Notes under the pieces: model-generated
Database searches by the model: none
Seen by the model: only the letters and a program-made list of their open reading frames with translations
What the model was told of the DNA's origin: nothing
Origin: Kofleriaceae bacterium
Lineage (GTDB): Bacteria > Myxococcota_A > Polyangia > Haliangiales > Haliangiaceae
Direction of reading: 5' to 3'
Length of the DNA stretch: 64,000 bases
NCBI GenBank assembly: GCA_046597055.1
Contig: JBKJLC010000301.1
Location: forward strand, 32,001 to 96,000
Shown: positions 59,972 through 64,000 of the stretch, one piece after another
Layout: each line of letters starts with the position of its first letter
How positions within the stretch are numbered: position 1 is the stretch's first letter
Translations under genes and position numbers: made by a program

Positions 59972-61524
59972 AGGGTCTGCTTGCAGGTGCTGCACCACCA
60001 GGCCTGGCGCTTGCCATGCCAGAGCGTGGAGACCCGACAGGTAGGACAGGTCGGCGCGGTGCGATGGGTGGCGGGGCCGGACCCGCCGCGGGGCGCAAGG
60101 GCACGTCCGGCGGTGGCCGCCTGTCCGATCCCCGGACCGAGCGCGTCAGGGGCGGGCGCGGTCAGGGTCATCGCGCCGGGTCCGGCGGCCACCCACGCCG
60201 GGTCGGGTGCGATGATGCTGGCGACGGCGGCGGCGCTGGCGGCGGCGGCGCCGCTCGCGACCGCGCCGGTGGTGACCACCGGCGGCCGCGGTGCATACCG
60301 CGCGTGTCCGTTGCTGGCACCGGGTCCCGGCGCGGCCGCGGTGCCAGACGGTCCCGGCGCAGCCGCCAGCGCCGGCAGCACCGGCCGAAGCCCCGCGCGC
60401 GCGTCACCGGGCGCGCCGGGCCCGCGCGGCGGCGCGGCCCTCAGCTGGGGCCCGCGGGTGGCGTCGCCTTCGAGCTCCACGTCGGCGGTGCGCAGGGTCG
60501 CCGCGGCGACCAGCGCGGCCGCGACCACCCCGCTCATCGCGACCACGAACACCGGCAGGCCCCAGCCGATCGTCATCACGTCGTTGCCGGCGTACGAGAC
60601 CGCGGTCGCGATGCCGGTGGTCAGCGCGAGCCCGGCCAGCACCGCCGCCGACCACGCCCAGGCGCCCGGGGTCACGCCCCGGCCGGCGCGTGCGGCGGCG
60701 CCGAGGGCCGGCACGATCGCCGCGGCGGCCAGCGCGACCGTCAGGCGAGCCAGCAGCGTGAGCCCGGCACGGCCAGCGCCGATCGACGCCACGTGGCAGC
60801 GGCCGTCGGCGCAGGCCTCGAGGCCGAGCGGCGAGGCGTGGAGCCCGCCGAACGACTGGGCGCCGCTCCACCACGCGCGCCGGCCGACCGCGATCCACGC
60901 GATCAGCACCAGCAGCGCCAGCGCGGCGGTCAGGCCCCAGCGCCGCGCGGGTGACGCCGACGACGCGACCTCGCCGGTCGGCCACCCGATGCCGAGCCCG
61001 GCCAGGGCCGCGCCGACGATCATCGCGACCAGCCCGTTGGCGGCCTGCAGGTCGATCGCGCGGCGCGACAGCACCTCCGACGCGACGAACGCGGCGCCGA
61101 GGCCGGCGGCGGTCGCGACCACGGTCGCCGCCCACCCGCGCAGGATCGGGCGGCGCTGCCCGCGCGCGAACGCGAGCACGACCAGCAGCGCGACCGCGCT
61201 CATGGTGGCGCCCATCGCCAGGCGCCCGAGCCAGGCGAACAGATCGTCGGACAGGCCGCGGGCGCCGGCGTAGCCGTGCGGCTGGCAGCGCAGGCGCTCG
61301 CACACCTCGCCGCCGACCAGGCCGTAGTTGGCCCGCAGCTCGCGGTCCGGGGCCTCGTCGCCTTCGGCCCAGGCGCCGGGCCGCGCCGGGTCGTACATCC
61401 CGCGAAAGGCGTCGCGATCCTCGCCGGTGCCGGGCTTGATCTCGAACCAGGGCACGAACCCGGCAATCAGGAGCGCGATCGCCGCCAGGGCGCACAGCCC
61501 TGCGCTCGCGGCTCGACGCGTCAT
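59968..61524 (-). CDS. Polytopic membrane protein (2 x 4 TM) with Pro/Ala linker and C-terminal zinc ribbon
   Basis: About 8 hydrophobic segments, repeated W...GL...C-x4-C loops, C-terminal CPTC...WWCSTC. TACCGT 6 nt before the ATG. Confidence 0.75.
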   Translation of the reverse strand: MTRRAASAGLCALAAIALLIAGFVPWFEIKPGTGEDRDAFRGMYDPARPGAWAEGDEAPDRELRANYGLVGGEVCERLRCQPHGYAGARGLSDDLFAWLGRLAMGATMSAVALLVVLAFARGQRRPILRGWAATVVATAAGLGAAFVASEVLSRRAIDLQAANGLVAMIVGAALAGLGIGWPTGEVASSASPARRWGLTAALALLVLIAWIAVGRRAWWSGAQSFGGLHASPLGLEACADGRCHVASIGAGRAGLTLLARLTVALAAAAIVPALGAAARAGRGVTPGAWAWSAAVLAGLALTTGIATAVSYAGNDVMTIGWGLPVFVVAMSGVVAAALVAAATLRTADVELEGDATRGPQLRAAPPRGPGAPGDARAGLRPVLPALAAAPGPSGTAAAPGPGASNGHARYAPRPPVVTTGAVASGAAAASAAAVASIIAPDPAWVAAGPGAMTLTAPAPDALGPGIGQAATAGRALAPRGGSGPATHRTAPTCPTCRVSTLWHGKRQAWWCSTCKQTL

Positions 61525-61575
61525 GCGAAGACGGTACCATGCGGCCGCGCTCCTCATGATCACCGTGCCGCTGCC

Positions 61576-62481
61576 ATGAACGCCGTCCTCGCCCTCGTCC
61601 CGCACCTCGGCCGCGCGGTCTTGCGTCGGCTCGCGCCCGACGCCGCCGACGATCACCGCGGCCGCGCGATCGGTCGCGCGTTCGAGCTCGATCTGTGCGC
61701 GCTGCTCAACTGCCTGCGCGCCGCCGAGCTGACCGAGCTGGCGCGCGCGGTCCGGATCCCGGTCGCGGTGGACGCCGAGGTCGGCGCGCTGCGCGAGGCG
61801 CTGTGGCGGTGGGGCGCGCGGCTCGAGGCCGGCGGCGATCACCTCGCCGGCACCGCGCTGCAGCCGGTGCCCGAGCGGCTCGGTGCCCGGCTGGTCCACG
61901 TCGCGCCCGCGCGGGGGCTGGCCCCGGCGGCGGTCGGCTGGCCGCGTCCGTTGCCGGCGCCCCGCCGGCCCGAGCCGCCCGACGACGAGCCCGACGACGT
62001 CGACGCGCTGCTGGCCGCGGCCGATCGCGCGCTCGGCGTGCGGTTGCCCGCGCGCGGCCGCGACAAGGGTGCGTGGGGCGCCGCCGCGGCCCGGCTGCTC
62101 GGCGTGGTCGAGCATGGTGAAGGCGAGCCCGACTGGCGCGGCGACGTCGAGGTCAAGACCGTGCCGGTCGCGCTCGATCGCGCCGGGCGCTGGCGGGTCA
62201 CCGAGGATCCCGCGGTCGCCATGGTCGACGGGTCGCCGCTCGGCAAGCTGCGCCGCGTGCTGTGGCTGGTGCGCGCCACCACCGGTGACGGCGCGACCCT
62301 CCTGTCCTGGTACTTCGTCGAGTGGGACGCCGAGGTCGCGCGCCTGGTGCGGCGCGATCTGCACACGCGGCCCAAGGGTCCGCGCGGGACCAGCGCGCGG
62401 GGCTGGTACCTGCACAAGCGGTTCTTCCTCGACGCCGGCCTGTACGCGACGCTCAACGGCCCGCGGGCGGTGGCGTCGTGA
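61576..62481 (+). CDS. MutH/Sau3AI-family PD-(D/E)xK endonuclease-like protein
   Basis: RDKGAWG...LLG...EPDWRGDVEVKTVPV, LHTRPKG, RGWYLHKRF parallel the MutH motifs RDKGWIG...LG...EQDF..GVELKTIPV, LQIRPKA, RGFYLKKNF. Confidence 0.7.
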   Translation: MNAVLALVPHLGRAVLRRLAPDAADDHRGRAIGRAFELDLCALLNCLRAAELTELARAVRIPVAVDAEVGALREALWRWGARLEAGGDHLAGTALQPVPERLGARLVHVAPARGLAPAAVGWPRPLPAPRRPEPPDDEPDDVDALLAAADRALGVRLPARGRDKGAWGAAAARLLGVVEHGEGEPDWRGDVEVKTVPVALDRAGRWRVTEDPAVAMVDGSPLGKLRRVLWLVRATTGDGATLLSWYFVEWDAEVARLVRRDLHTRPKGPRGTSARGWYLHKRFFLDAGLYATLNGPRAVAS

Positions 62482-63638
62482 TCAACGACGCGCTGCGCCT
62501 GGTCGGTTCGGCCCAGACCAACCGCGACATGGAGGCGGAGCTGACCCGCATCTCCAACCGCGCGCTGGGTCGACGGCCGCCGCCCCCGACCCGCGACGGG
62601 ACCGGCCAGCTGGTCTACCCGTGGGACGACGAGCTGGCCCGGGTCGCGCTGGCCTACCACCGCACCTCGACCCGGGTCGTGCGCGACCTGTACGCGTCGA
62701 GCGCGCGCCGGCTCGAGCCGCTGTACGACGAGCTGCGCGCCGATGCCGCCGCCGATCACCGCGGCTGGGACGCGCGGGTGCGCACGATCTCGGTCGAGGT
62801 CCGCCGGGTCGCCGAGTTCGCGGCCGGCGAGCGCCAGATCGTCGGCACGGTCAAGAACGCGATCGTCGATGGCCTGGCGGCGCGCGGCCGCCGGGTCGAC
62901 GTCGATCCCGAGCGCCCCGACGCGTTGATCGTGGCGCGGCTCGACGACCGCGGCCGGATCATGGTCGGCGCCGATCTGTCCGGTGGCACCCGCACCCGGC
63001 GCGGCTGGCGGACCGAGGCTGGCGACGCGCCGCTGCGCGAGCACGTCGCGGCGGTGATCGCGATGGAGGCGCGCTACGACCCGCGTCGCGACCTGGTGGT
63101 CGATCCGATGTGCGGCTCGGGCACCCTCGCGATCGAGGCGGCGCTGCTCGCGCGTGGCACCGCGGTCGCGCCGCGCCCGGGCCAGCCCACCGACCCCGAC
63201 CTGTGGCCCGACGCGCGGCCCGTCGTGATCGCCGGCGACATCGATCTCGAGGTGCTGGCCGGCGCGCGCAACAACGCCCGCCGCGCCGGCGTCGAGATTC
63301 TCTGGCACCGCGGCGACTACACCGCGCTCGACCGCGACAAGCTGTGGGCGCTGGCCGCCGAATCGGGGGCGGTGCCCGAGCGCGGCCTGGTGCTGTGTAA
63401 CCCGCCATGGGGCGAGCGGCTCGAGGTCGCCGACGCCCGGCTGCTGTACGGCGCGCTGGGCGATTGGTTCCGCAGCCTCCGTGATTTTCGCGGCGCGTTC
63501 CTGGTCGCGAACCCCGAGTTCGAGCACGCCTTCGGCTCGAAGTGGGCGATCAAGAAGCCGCTGTCGAGCGGCGATCTTCGTGGTTACCTGTTCGTGTACG
63601 AGGCGGCCGGGCCGGCTGCCACGCCCACGAGGCCATGA
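62478..63638 (+). CDS. THUMP/RlmL-like (UPF0020) RNA methyltransferase
   Basis: RRGWR...APLRE..AA, DPMCGSGT..IEAA, GDID, ARNNA..AGV, NPPWGER. GTGA overlap. Confidence 0.85.
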   Translation: MINDALRLVGSAQTNRDMEAELTRISNRALGRRPPPPTRDGTGQLVYPWDDELARVALAYHRTSTRVVRDLYASSARRLEPLYDELRADAAADHRGWDARVRTISVEVRRVAEFAAGERQIVGTVKNAIVDGLAARGRRVDVDPERPDALIVARLDDRGRIMVGADLSGGTRTRRGWRTEAGDAPLREHVAAVIAMEARYDPRRDLVVDPMCGSGTLAIEAALLARGTAVAPRPGQPTDPDLWPDARPVVIAGDIDLEVLAGARNNARRAGVEILWHRGDYTALDRDKLWALAAESGAVPERGLVLCNPPWGERLEVADARLLYGALGDWFRSLRDFRGAFLVANPEFEHAFGSKWAIKKPLSSGDLRGYLFVYEAAGPAATPTRP

Positions 63639-64000
63639 CGATCGATCCCGACATCCAGGGCGCACCGGCGCGCTTCTGGCACGCCGAAGGCGACGGCGGT
63701 CGCATCCGCTGCGATCTGTGTCCGCGCGCGTGCACGGTCACGCCGGGGCAGCGAGCGTTCTGCTTCGTCCGCGGCAACGTCGACGGCGAGATGGTCCTGT
63801 CGGCCTACGGCCAGGCCTCGGGCTTCTGCGTCGATCCGATCGAGAAGAAGCCGCTCAACCACTTCTACCCGGGCACGTCGGTGCTCTCGTTCGGGACCGC
63901 CGGCTGCAACCTCGGCTGTCGGTTCTGCCAGAACTGGGACATCTCGAAGGCGAGGGACCTCGCGCGGCTCAGCGCGCGGGCGACCCCCGACGCGATCGCG
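63635..64000 (+). CDS. amrS: AmmeMemoRadiSam system radical SAM enzyme (partial, runs off the window)
   Basis: RCDLCPRAC...FCFVR...GFCVDPIEKKPLNHFYPG..VLSFGTAGCNLGCRFCQNWDIS (CxxxCxxC). ATGA overlap. Confidence 0.9.
   Translation, partial: MTIDPDIQGAPARFWHAEGDGGRIRCDLCPRACTVTPGQRAFCFVRGNVDGEMVLSAYGQASGFCVDPIEKKPLNHFYPGTSVLSFGTAGCNLGCRFCQNWDISKARDLARLSARATPDAIA

Noticed and set aside
62478..63638. NPPW methyltransferase as the cognate DNA methylase of the MutH-like gene (R-M system)
   Set aside because: RGWR/APLRE/DPMCGSGT motifs and a THUMP-like N-terminus point to the RlmL/UPF0020 RNA methyltransferase family.

Overview
A very GC-rich (visually about 70-75% GC) chromosomal segment, most likely from a myxobacterium (Myxococcota-like). 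The inference rests on gene content: TIGR02266/PilZ proteins, zinc-ribbon-FHA proteins, an FHA-sigma54 activator, a membrane Ser/Thr kinase, PEGA, an AgmX/PglI-type TonB-C domain, and the xerC-hslVU-argBDF order. About 58 CDS are densely packed. They include housekeeping genes (recG, folD, psd, glnA, glnB, engB, rimI, coaE fusion, a dnaK paralog, argFDB, hslUV, xerC) and many signalling and envelope genes. I saw no rRNA, tRNA, CRISPR array, transposase or prophage. The most notable observations are: (1) a phage-shock-like module in which a PspF-type sigma54 activator has gained a receiver domain, lost the PspA-binding Trp and is coupled to a soluble TPR histidine kinase, pspA, an ECF sigma and a TonB-C-tipped putative anti-sigma; (2) a tandem claudin/PMP22-like 2x4-TM protein with a zinc-ribbon tail, coupled to a truncated SctJ-like lipoprotein, plus an orphan SctQ-like gene 55 kb away; (3) a MutH/Sau3AI-like nuclease heading an operon with an RlmL-like methyltransferase and AmrS; (4) a modular REP/BIME-like repeat mosaic at two loci; (5) a DnaK module flanked by two proteins sharing the same small winged-helix-like domain; (6) pervasive TAnnnT boxes 5-9 nt before start codons, suggesting widespread leaderless transcription. 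All calls come from reading motifs by eye; no searches were run, and start codons are best estimates.
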